In this document: piece after piece, positions 1 to 7,494 of the stretch
Layout of the letters: each line of letters starts with the position of its first letter
Position numbering within the stretch: position 1 is the first letter of the stretch
Translations under genes and position numbers: made by a program
Notes under the pieces: model-generated
Told to the model about the DNA's origin: nothing
Databases searched by the model: none
The model's input: the letters and a program-made list of their open reading frames with translations, nothing else
NCBI GenBank assembly: GCA_048941265.1
Contig: JBHLNT010000140.1
Location: 1 to 11,019, forward strand
DNA length: 11,019 bases
DNA from: Promethearchaeota archaeon
GTDB taxonomy: Archaea > Asgardarchaeota > Lokiarchaeia > Sigyniarchaeales > SOKP01
Direction of reading: 5' to 3'

Positions 1-1
1 G

Positions 2-1087
2 GAAATAGCTCGTATGATTGAAACGAGAAAGTCCAGAAAAATAATTCAAAATTGCGCAAGTTGCTCATATTGTAATGTGATATGTCCCACACAATCAAAT
101 CCATGGGCACTTAGAAAGGAAATTCGGATGAGGCGCATCCAAGAAAGAGGCATTACAAGTTTAGCGCTGATTACAGAGGATATGTCCAATAATCTTATGA
201 CAATTGGTTTAGAAATTGATACCGAAGCAAAAAGAAAAGATCTAAAAAAATACATAAATCCTCCAAAAAGTAAGGAGATATTTTATTTAGGCTGTGCTAT
301 TCCATACATTTTTCCAAATTTGGCTAAAACTAAATTATTAGAGGATTTACCCTTAGTAGGAGGCATAAAATATTGTTGTAGTGGTTATACTTATAATTTT
401 TTTGGAGAGGTTGAAGCACAGTTCAAGGGGAAGGAATTTTTAGATAAATTTAGAAAACAAGAAGTAGAAAAACTTATTTCTTTCTGTCCCGGCTGTGAAC
501 ATATGATTAAAGGTGTTTACCCCTCAATTGTAGAAGGATTCAATATACAATGTCAAAATATTATTGAGTACCTGATTGAAAAATATCATAAAGGTGAATT
601 AGTTTTTAAACATAAGATAAATCAGAAAATAACTTTTCAAGATCCTTGTCCCTGGAGAAAGTTAGATAATAAAGTATACGAGGGTCCGAGAGAACTTATT
701 GAAATAATGGGAGCAGAGTTTGTTGAAATGAAACATAATAAGGAAAAATCTTTATGTTGTGGAGCCCCAGTTGCGACATTTAATAGAGCATTAGGAAAAA
801 AAATTGCAAAGATGAGAATAAAAGAAGCGACAAATGTAGGTGCTGATTCTATTGCCTTTATTTGTACTGGGTGTCTTATTGGACTTTCCAGATATGCATT
901 ATCGAAAAATATAGAACCATATTACATTACTGAATTAGCTCAAATGGCAATTGGAGAGACACCATATCATAAAATCTTAGAGACATCGAAGCAAATGGAA
1001 AATCATCTTTTTAAAAAAATCAGTGAGAATCCAAATTTAATGAAAGAAAGATATATCATTAAAAATGGCAAAATCACACGCATTTAA
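2..1087 (+). CDS. Heterodisulfide reductase D / GlpC-like Fe-S oxidoreductase with a 4Fe-4S motif and two CCG domains; probably 5'-truncated by the window
   Basis: Ferredoxin motif CASCSYCNVICP; CCG-domain 1 (FYLGC...YCCSG...FCPGC) and CCG-domain 2 (FQDPC...LCCGA...ICTGC). The frame is open from base 2 (GAA ATA GCT CGT ATG), and the family normally has a further CxxCxxC motif upstream, so the ATG at 14 is probably internal. Confidence 0.88.
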   Translation, partial: EIARMIETRKSRKIIQNCASCSYCNVICPTQSNPWALRKEIRMRRIQERGITSLALITEDMSNNLMTIGLEIDTEAKRKDLKKYINPPKSKEIFYLGCAIPYIFPNLAKTKLLEDLPLVGGIKYCCSGYTYNFFGEVEAQFKGKEFLDKFRKQEVEKLISFCPGCEHMIKGVYPSIVEGFNIQCQNIIEYLIEKYHKGELVFKHKINQKITFQDPCPWRKLDNKVYEGPRELIEIMGAEFVEMKHNKEKSLCCGAPVATFNRALGKKIAKMRIKEATNVGADSIAFICTGCLIGLSRYALSKNIEPYYITELAQMAIGETPYHKILETSKQMENHLFKKISENPNLMKERYIIKNGKITRI

Positions 1088-1317
1088 TAATTCTTTTCAC
1101 ATTTTTACAGTGAGAATTAAGAGGATAAAAATAATTTAGGAGTTTTTATCATTAAACCAAGGCTTCTGACTCACATAATACACAATATATTTCTCTTATT
1201 CGTTATAGTTGATAATTTATTCCCTCATTAAATTTATTATCAATATAATAGAAATTATTATATAATATCAAAATTTAAAGAAACTCAAAAATAAAATTTA
1301 TTTTAAAAGTGATAAAT

Positions 1318-1818
1318 ATGAGTACACAACAAAAATCTCAACAAAAAAAAAGTTCTGGCAACGATGGTCTTATGAACTTTGCGGAGTTTTTAGGAAAGAT
1401 AGCATGGATTATTGAGCTTATTATTGGTATTATTTTCTTTTTCGTAGGAATATATTATTTGGTTGTTCTTGCTGCAGTGGCTGCACAAGCTCAGGCTGCG
1501 GGTGTATACAGTTATGTTGCTGCTGATATTGCATATTATTCAATTTATGGTTGGTTGTACATTATAGGAGGTATATTGGGAATTATTTTCGCAGTTGCAT
1601 TAGTTAAGCCACGATTTTCCAATAAATGGGCTGAAAAAGACTACGATTTTCTCTTGAATGATGTTGTTAAAATTGGTAGTCTAAGAATTCCATTGTTTCT
1701 TATTATAGGAATAATCTTAGAAATTTTTTTGGCATGGTTGGGAGGTTTAGTAATTCTCGTGCCCCTACTGATATTAATCTTTGCGGGACCAAAAGAATAT
1801 AAATGGACAGAAAAGTAA
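1318..1818 (+). CDS. Hypothetical integral membrane protein (about 3-4 TM segments)
   Basis: Long hydrophobic stretches (IAWIIELIIGIIFFFVGIYYLVVL; YGWLYIIGGILGIIFAVAL; IPLFLIIGIILEIFLAWLGGLVILVPLLILIFAG). The GTG at 1309 lies within AGTGAT, an archaeal SD-like element, so ATG 1318 is the preferred start. Confidence 0.8.
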   Translation: MSTQQKSQQKKSSGNDGLMNFAEFLGKIAWIIELIIGIIFFFVGIYYLVVLAAVAAQAQAAGVYSYVAADIAYYSIYGWLYIIGGILGIIFAVALVKPRFSNKWAEKDYDFLLNDVVKIGSLRIPLFLIIGIILEIFLAWLGGLVILVPLLILIFAGPKEYKWTEK

Positions 1819-1831
1819 AACTATCTAATTC

Positions 1832-1842
1832 TTTTTTTTTTT
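1832..1842 (+). terminator. Archaeal oligo-T terminator (T11)
   Basis: Run of 11 T starting 14 nt after the TAA ending at 1818. Confidence 0.65.
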
Positions 1843-1933
1843 ATAATTTGTAGTGTTTCTTGAAGTTAATTTAGTTTTAATTATTTGAATTATTTTCTTC
1901 ATTATCTTAAATTGTCTTTAAACAACATAATAA

Positions 1934-3232
1934 ATGAAGAAAATGGCAAAATTTTTAACACAAGCAATTAATGATGAGATTCTTGAGAAATTAAGCCTTG
2001 AGAATCGATACAATTTCTTAAATACCTGTGTAAAGCCCATGTTATCTTCTGATGAGATGGGCTTTCTCAAACAAGTTGAAGAGTTCTGTTTAAATTATGA
2101 ACGGACTAAAAACATTACTCATGGACCTGATGAGGATATATATGACTGGATTTCCGATTTTGGTAAGGAAGGTTATATTTCCCGAGCTCATAGGTTTGAG
2201 ATGCTTGATTTGAATTATAATCCTCACGGACTAACTGCCGAGTTAATGAGAGCGTTAGGGCTTTGTTTTTTTGATCCACATGTATTAATGATGTTTGGAG
2301 CAACTATATTAGCGATTAATCCACTTGAAGCGCATCATGATAACGTACCAGTTAGATTGGAAGCTTTAAGAGATGTTGTAACAGGAAATTCACCAGGATG
2401 CATCTTAATTACTGAACCTGAACGCGGTTCAGATGCGGTACATCAATTAACTACTTGTGAAGAACAGCCAGATGGAAGCTTTTTATTAAACGGAGATAAA
2501 ATATTTAACACAAATGCTCCTAAATCAAAATGGGCAGTGGCTTATGCTACCGCAGAAAAAAACGTTGGAACCAAGATGGCCCAATTTTTAATTGATACAT
2601 CATGGGAGGGATGGAATTGTGAGAGAGTCTATATTCCTTGGGCCCCTAAATTATATATTGGGAGTGAAAAATTAGAAAACTTGCGAGTTCCGAAAGAATA
2701 CGTCTTAGGAAGTATTGGTAAGGGCAGAGACCATCTTTTTGAAGGGTTAGTCGTTGAGAGGATTATGATTGCCACCCAAAATATTTGTGAAGCTTGGAAT
2801 AGCATTGTCCATGCTGGAATTTACTCTAACATGAGAAAACAATTTAATCAGCCAATACTTCAATTTCAAGGCGTAGGTATGCTTCTTGCTGAATTATTTG
2901 CGAGAACTCAAACGCTAACTTATGGATTATTGAAATTTTGCGAAGATTATGACAAATTAACCGAAAATTATGGGGGAGAACATTCGATACCTCCAAACAT
3001 CAGTAGATCATTAGTAGCTATTGCAAGTCAATTCAAGTATGCGTGCGCAGATTTAAGTAAGAATGTCTGCTATGAAGCTGGAAATCTTATGGGTGGTGCT
3101 GGGCTTTGTGATAACACATTGATGCATGATCTTATTAACATTTCAAGGATACAAGAGATCGTAGGTGGATCTCGTCAGATTCAATTATACATCATTATGA
3201 ACGCATTAAGTTCAATATTTAAAGTTTTATAG
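1934..3232 (+). CDS. Acyl-CoA dehydrogenase family flavoprotein (alternative start at 1943)
   Basis: ACAD motifs ITEPERGSD, LNGDKIFNTNA, GLVVERI, RKQFNQPI, MGGAG and EIVGGSRQIQ; 432 aa. Confidence 0.95.
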   Translation: MKKMAKFLTQAINDEILEKLSLENRYNFLNTCVKPMLSSDEMGFLKQVEEFCLNYERTKNITHGPDEDIYDWISDFGKEGYISRAHRFEMLDLNYNPHGLTAELMRALGLCFFDPHVLMMFGATILAINPLEAHHDNVPVRLEALRDVVTGNSPGCILITEPERGSDAVHQLTTCEEQPDGSFLLNGDKIFNTNAPKSKWAVAYATAEKNVGTKMAQFLIDTSWEGWNCERVYIPWAPKLYIGSEKLENLRVPKEYVLGSIGKGRDHLFEGLVVERIMIATQNICEAWNSIVHAGIYSNMRKQFNQPILQFQGVGMLLAELFARTQTLTYGLLKFCEDYDKLTENYGGEHSIPPNISRSLVAIASQFKYACADLSKNVCYEAGNLMGGAGLCDNTLMHDLINISRIQEIVGGSRQIQLYIIMNALSSIFKVL

Positions 3233-3243
3233 ATTTAACATAA

Positions 3244-3262
3244 TTTTTTTTCTTTTTCTTTT
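3244..3262 (+). terminator. Oligo-T terminator
   Basis: TTTTTTTTCTTTTTCTTTT shortly after the TAG ending at 3232. Confidence 0.6.
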
Positions 3263-3312
3263 GAAACAGTTTATTCATTTTTACACAATTAAGTTTAAAA
3301 TTAATACCAATC

Positions 3313-3324
3313 AAAGATTTAAAT
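3313..3324 (+). promoter_or_regulatory. Putative BRE/TATA element upstream of the surface-protein gene
   Basis: AAAGATTTAAAT, the same core as the element upstream of the 7485 and 10705 genes; SD-like GAGGT at 3419-3423. Confidence 0.35.
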
Positions 3325-3429
3325 CAAATTTTAACATTTTTCTATCAGAGCAGAATATTGGAATTGACAAAAAATTAAATACAACTTTTTTCATATAAAT
3401 TTCAGAATTACTTTTTTTGAGGTATAGGT

Positions 3430-5466
3430 ATGAGAAAAAACGGGGTAATTATATTATTAAGTCTAATTATCTTTCCAAGCCTATTTTTAATATATAATAC
3501 TGTAAATACTACAAATCTTACAAATATAAAAATTAACGATGAGAATCATGAAAATTATGATTATCAGAATAAAGTACCATTGACGAGCGATGACAATTAT
3601 GAAGATAACGATGACATTAGTCAAGCAATACAAATATCAAAAGGATATTATTCGCTTGTATGTCAAGATGATGATTATTTTAAAATATGGATTGAAAATG
3701 GTGAAGAGGTTGCCGTTGAAATATATTTTATGAACAGTATTGGGGATTTAGGTCTTGAGTTATATAATGCCTCTTGGGCTTCAATTGGTTGGTCAGATGG
3801 AACTGGTGATATGGAATCTATTTCTTGGGTTTCTGACTATACAGGTCTATTTTATGTTAGAATCTATAAACTTGGTGCTATTAATAACTATGATTTGAAT
3901 ATTTTTCCTATCGGTGATATGTATGAAATGAATAATGATTTTTGGAGCGCTCCTGAACTTTTTAAAGGTTATTATCGACACTTAAACAAAAGAACTGATG
4001 ATTGGTATAAATTCAATTGCGAATGGGGTCAAACATACACCGTAAGTTTATACTTTACACATTTATATGGAGATCTAGACTTAGAGATATATCAAGAGAC
4101 TAATCCTACTGTTGCATATTTGAGAGCAGACGGTTTTTCTGATGAAGAGTCCATTACTTTTAGCGCTAACTATTATGGTTTTTATTATATTAAGGTATAT
4201 GGCAAAACATCTAGCATTGTAAACGATTATGAGATGAAAATTGGAGGTCCCGAAATTCCCATTTTCTATGAAGATTTTGAGGGCCCAATATCACCTAAAT
4301 GGTCGGGGATTGGAGGAAATAATTATATGCATGTGACCTCTAAAGATCATTCCCCTTTAGACCTCCCGGGTTCCCATAGTTTATGGTGTGGAAATGAAAG
4401 TACAGGAAACTATGATAAAAAAGTCGGAGGGGGGAGTACTACTTATAAGGAATCTGCTATTATTACAGATCTGGATTTAAGAGATTTTGCTTACATAGAA
4501 TTAAGTTTTGAATATAATTGTTCAATAGGTTATGGTGAACAAACAAATATTTCTATAAGAGCTCTTGGCAGTCAATATTATTTAAATCCAAAATACACAA
4601 ATAATCAGTTTGAGTTAGGCGGAAATTCACAAAGCAGTACTGGATGGTCGAATATTACCTTTGATCTATCATTCTTCTGCGGATTCGAAAGTGTTGATAT
4701 CATTTTCAGTTTTGAGACGCGTGATACATTTGATAATATATTTTATGGGGGCATAAAAATTGATAACATTATGTTAAAGGGGTTTAAGGATAATGATATT
4801 TGGATAAATAATCTCGGCATAAATGTTGGAGAAGAATTCTATTATTATTTTCCACAAGTTAATCAGGATTTATGGAGTGATATTTTTGGCAAAGAGATAT
4901 TTGCTTATCAAAATGGTAATGTCAAAATAGAGATCTTTTCCATCAATGATTATGGACCATATTGGGACGTTGTTGCTAGATTTTGGGACCCTTGGGATGA
5001 TTTTGAAGAGCTTCAGGGGACAGATGAAATTAAATATCGAGTGTATAAAAATCCACTGAATATGAAAAGCAATGGAGGTTTTTTTATTCCAAGCGGAGAT
5101 ATAATGACATATTTACGTCGGGCAGACAATTATGATGGAGAACACTGGGATAGCAAGTATGATATTCATCATTGGTATGAGCCTAAGTGGAATGAATTTA
5201 GCATTGAATTTTGTTATGATGACTTTAGAGTTCATTTAAATTATAATGCAAACGGAGTACTTAATGGTATGACAATTCAAAAAAACTATGACAATTATGA
5301 AAGAATATTTGAAATGTGGCGAGGTGAACCATATGAGGAAAATAAGAATGAAAAGGATAATGAAGAAAGAAGAGCTGTACCAGGATACGATCCAATTATT
5401 ATAATTTCTCTAGTTTCAATTATCTCAATCATTATGGTTAGAAAGATTAAAAAATCAAAAAAATAG
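3430..5466 (+). CDS. Cell-surface protein: signal/anchor, two PPC-like (pre-peptidase C-terminal) domains, a jelly-roll (MAM/cleaved-adhesin-like) domain and a Loki-CTERM-like sorting signal
   Basis: N-terminal MRKN plus hydrophobic helix. Two repeats of D.YE.N.D...DD.YK...GDL.LE.Y...ESI...G.YY.++Y. FYEDFEG...W...SLWCG...IKIDNI domain. C-terminal VPGYD + TM helix + RKIKKSKK. Confidence 0.85.
   Translation: MRKNGVIILLSLIIFPSLFLIYNTVNTTNLTNIKINDENHENYDYQNKVPLTSDDNYEDNDDISQAIQISKGYYSLVCQDDDYFKIWIENGEEVAVEIYFMNSIGDLGLELYNASWASIGWSDGTGDMESISWVSDYTGLFYVRIYKLGAINNYDLNIFPIGDMYEMNNDFWSAPELFKGYYRHLNKRTDDWYKFNCEWGQTYTVSLYFTHLYGDLDLEIYQETNPTVAYLRADGFSDEESITFSANYYGFYYIKVYGKTSSIVNDYEMKIGGPEIPIFYEDFEGPISPKWSGIGGNNYMHVTSKDHSPLDLPGSHSLWCGNESTGNYDKKVGGGSTTYKESAIITDLDLRDFAYIELSFEYNCSIGYGEQTNISIRALGSQYYLNPKYTNNQFELGGNSQSSTGWSNITFDLSFFCGFESVDIIFSFETRDTFDNIFYGGIKIDNIMLKGFKDNDIWINNLGINVGEEFYYYFPQVNQDLWSDIFGKEIFAYQNGNVKIEIFSINDYGPYWDVVARFWDPWDDFEELQGTDEIKYRVYKNPLNMKSNGGFFIPSGDIMTYLRRADNYDGEHWDSKYDIHHWYEPKWNEFSIEFCYDDFRVHLNYNANGVLNGMTIQKNYDNYERIFEMWRGEPYEENKNEKDNEERRAVPGYDPIIIISLVSIISIIMVRKIKKSKK
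3589..4242 (+). repeat. Two tandem PPC-like protein domains (about 3589-3903 and 3913-4242)
   Basis: DDNYEDNDDISQA / GDMYEMNNDFWSA; DDDYFKI / DDWYKF; GDLGLELY / GDLDLEIY; ESISW / ESITF; GLFYVRIY / GFYYIKVY; NNYDLNI / NDYEMKI. Confidence 0.75.
5377..5466 (+). other. Loki-CTERM / PGF-CTERM-like C-terminal protein-sorting signal
   Basis: Tripartite signal: VPGYD motif, hydrophobic helix PIIIISLVSIISIIMV, basic tail RKIKKSKK; preceded by a charged linker. Confidence 0.8.
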
Positions 5467-5560
5467 TTTTTTTCCATATTTTTATTTTATTTTTGTATTT
5501 TGTGCTTAAAAAACAGTTTGACTATTATTTAAATCAAGAAAATAGAAATAAAAAAATAAA
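5467..5560. terminator. Convergent terminator region (T-tracts on both strands)
   Basis: T-rich 5467-5494 on + after the surface gene; A-rich 5539-5560 (T-rich on -) after the 5572-6102 gene. Confidence 0.55.
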
Positions 5561-5571
5561 GATATAGAACC

Positions 5572-6102
5572 CTAAGGAGTAAATGTTTGGTTCATATTGC
5601 TTTTAATTAACTCAAAACCGATTTCTACATTTGGTATTTTATCAGATTCAATGGAAAGTGTATGTTTCCCCTCTGTTAATTTTGCTAAAAAGGACTCATC
5701 TAACTTAAAAACAATGGTGATTTCGTCTCCCATAGCAATCGTCCTACCCCCCATTTTACCTCCGAGGGCATCTTCAAAAGAAAAGTTCTCTCCCTTATGA
5801 TAAATGCGAAGGCTTTCCTTGATCAAGTTAATATTTGAAGCGCCCTTCGAAATATCGATTTGTTCGCCGTCAAGTAAAAGCTTACCATGTTCCGATGGGT
5901 CAATTTCATCAACATCTATGTCACCCAAATCTTCCTTTGCAGGGACGCCAAATGGCATTATCACATTGAGCGCTACAAGTTTAACACTATCAGCTTTTCC
6001 ATCACCAGTAGTATCCACAGTGTAAACACTTTTTTTAGGGGGAAAAATCTTTTTTATCATTGCAGTGGGGACTTTTAAATTCTTTAAATCTTCTAAATTC
6101 AT
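5572..6102 (-). CDS. Hypothetical soluble beta-rich (Ig-like) protein with a DxxGDGxxD loop
   Basis: 176-aa ATG ORF with natural composition, alternating beta-strand patterns (ITIVFKL, GKHTLSIES, VEIGFEL) and DTTGDGKAD; no TM or signal peptide. Confidence 0.8.
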   Translation of the reverse strand: MNLEDLKNLKVPTAMIKKIFPPKKSVYTVDTTGDGKADSVKLVALNVIMPFGVPAKEDLGDIDVDEIDPSEHGKLLLDGEQIDISKGASNINLIKESLRIYHKGENFSFEDALGGKMGGRTIAMGDEITIVFKLDESFLAKLTEGKHTLSIESDKIPNVEIGFELIKSNMNQTFTP

Positions 6103-6257
6103 AAGACAACAACTTTGAAATTTTAAATTGCTTATTAAGTTTTAATTTTAAAATGTATTTTCTAATTAAAAAATTCTCTCTTTTATGAATTTGCAGAGGT
6201 AAGATTATAAGATGTGGGAGAAAATAAAACAATAATTTGGATTTTACCAGGCAATTC

Positions 6258-7280
6258 TTATGAATTTAGCACTGAAATTTTTACAGGGCGATGCTCTTCG
6301 AATGATCTCTGAGCAGCCATTGCCACCAAAACGTTTTGTAACCCATCCTCTCCATTAGGAGAGGGATCTTGATTATTTTTAAGACAATCAAAGAAAGATT
6401 TTAGCTCAGTTGCATATGATTCCATATACCTTTCCAAGAAAAAGTAGGGAATCTTATCAATGTTTGTGCATTCTGAAGTATATATCCGAACGGTGTTTGT
6501 AGCCTCATTATCTGCTATTACGCACCCTTTCGATCCAAAAACTTCTACACGTTGATCATAGCCATAGACCGCCTGCCGTGTGTTATCAATTATTCCTAAG
6601 GCTCCATTCTTAAATTTTAATATTGCGACTGCGGTATCAATATCACCGGCATTTCCAATTTCGGGATCAATAAGTACTGCTCCACTAGCATATACTTCTT
6701 CCACCTCACTCCCTGCTTGGTATCGGGCCATATCCCAGTCATGAATAGTCATGTCTAAAAAAATTCCTCCTGATACCTTAATATAATCTATTGGAGGAGG
6801 TGAAGGATCCCGAGATGTTATTTTAATTATCTGTGGTGTTCCTATTTGTCCTGAAACTACTGATTCATGAACCCGCATAAAATTTCGATCAAAGCGTCTA
6901 TTGAATCCAACCATTAATTTTACACCTTCATTTTTGACAACTTCCAACGTTTTTTTGATTCGTTCTATATCAACGTCAATAGGCTTTTCACAAAATATAT
7001 TTTTTTTTGCTCTAGCAGCTTGCTGAATAAATTCTGAGTGAGTATCTGTAGATGAAGCTATTATAACGACATCTATCTCTGGATCCGTAAAAATTTCACT
7101 GGCATCAGTTGTGAGATATAAATCACTAATTTTATATGCCCATTGTTTCAATTGATTATCCAATTTGATATCCGCCACAATTTTTAATTTAATGTCAGGT
7201 ATATTACGTAATAGATTTTCAATATGAATTGCACCTATCCTTCCAGCACCAATAATACCAACTTTGAATTTTTTATCCAT
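6258..7280 (-). CDS. iolG: myo-Inositol 2-dehydrogenase (Gfo/Idh/MocA family)
   Basis: Rossmann GIIGAGRIG, CEKP, GFNRRFD, SRDP, GGIFLDMTIHDWD, YGYDQRVEVFGSKG and FFLERY, the last two typical of inositol 2-dehydrogenases. Confidence 0.9.
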   Translation of the reverse strand: MDKKFKVGIIGAGRIGAIHIENLLRNIPDIKLKIVADIKLDNQLKQWAYKISDLYLTTDASEIFTDPEIDVVIIASSTDTHSEFIQQAARAKKNIFCEKPIDVDIERIKKTLEVVKNEGVKLMVGFNRRFDRNFMRVHESVVSGQIGTPQIIKITSRDPSPPPIDYIKVSGGIFLDMTIHDWDMARYQAGSEVEEVYASGAVLIDPEIGNAGDIDTAVAILKFKNGALGIIDNTRQAVYGYDQRVEVFGSKGCVIADNEATNTVRIYTSECTNIDKIPYFFLERYMESYATELKSFFDCLKNNQDPSPNGEDGLQNVLVAMAAQRSFEEHRPVKISVLNS

Positions 7281-7410
7281 AATTTTCCCTTACTTCTTTT
7301 TCATTTATCTATATCAATAGTTAGAAGAGATTTTATAAGTAATTTTTTAATTTTTAAATGACAGTATTTTGATTTTTGATACTTTATTTGAATTTTTTAA
7401 AAATAATTAA

Positions 7411-7494
7411 TTGAAGATTTAAATTCACATAAAAATAATTTGAATTAATTACAAAAAAATTTAATTATTAAAAGTGTTGATTTTATGAGTGAAA
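7411..7494 (+). promoter_or_regulatory. Promoter-to-start cassette, copy 1 (BRE/TATA ... SD-like ... ATG)
   Basis: TTGAAGATTTAAAT at 7411, 74 nt before the ATG; GTTGATTTTATGAGTGAAA at the start. Same layout as 8926-9009 and 10632-10714. Confidence 0.6.

Noticed and set aside
46-255. 69-aa minus-strand ORF
   Set aside because: Antisense shadow inside the Fe-S protein gene; no motifs.
1089-1150. Two short inverted repeats (AATTCT..CAC/GTG.AGAATT and GATAAAAA/TTTTTATC) after the first gene
   Set aside because: Short, AT-rich and expected by chance; no support for an ncRNA or MITE.
1309-1317. GTG start given in the ORF track
   Set aside because: It overlaps the SD-like AGTGAT; ATG 1318 is better placed.
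2115-2303. 62-aa minus-strand ORF
   Set aside because: Antisense to the acyl-CoA dehydrogenase.
5295-5477. 60-aa minus-strand ORF
   Set aside because: Antisense to the C-terminal sorting region of the surface protein.
5597-6078. Three plus-strand ORFs (67, 73 and 63 aa)
   Set aside because: Shadows of the 176-aa minus-strand gene, with composition typical of antisense frames.
6035-6232. 65-aa minus-strand ORF
   Set aside because: K/L/F-rich translation of AT-rich spacer DNA that overlaps the next gene out of frame.
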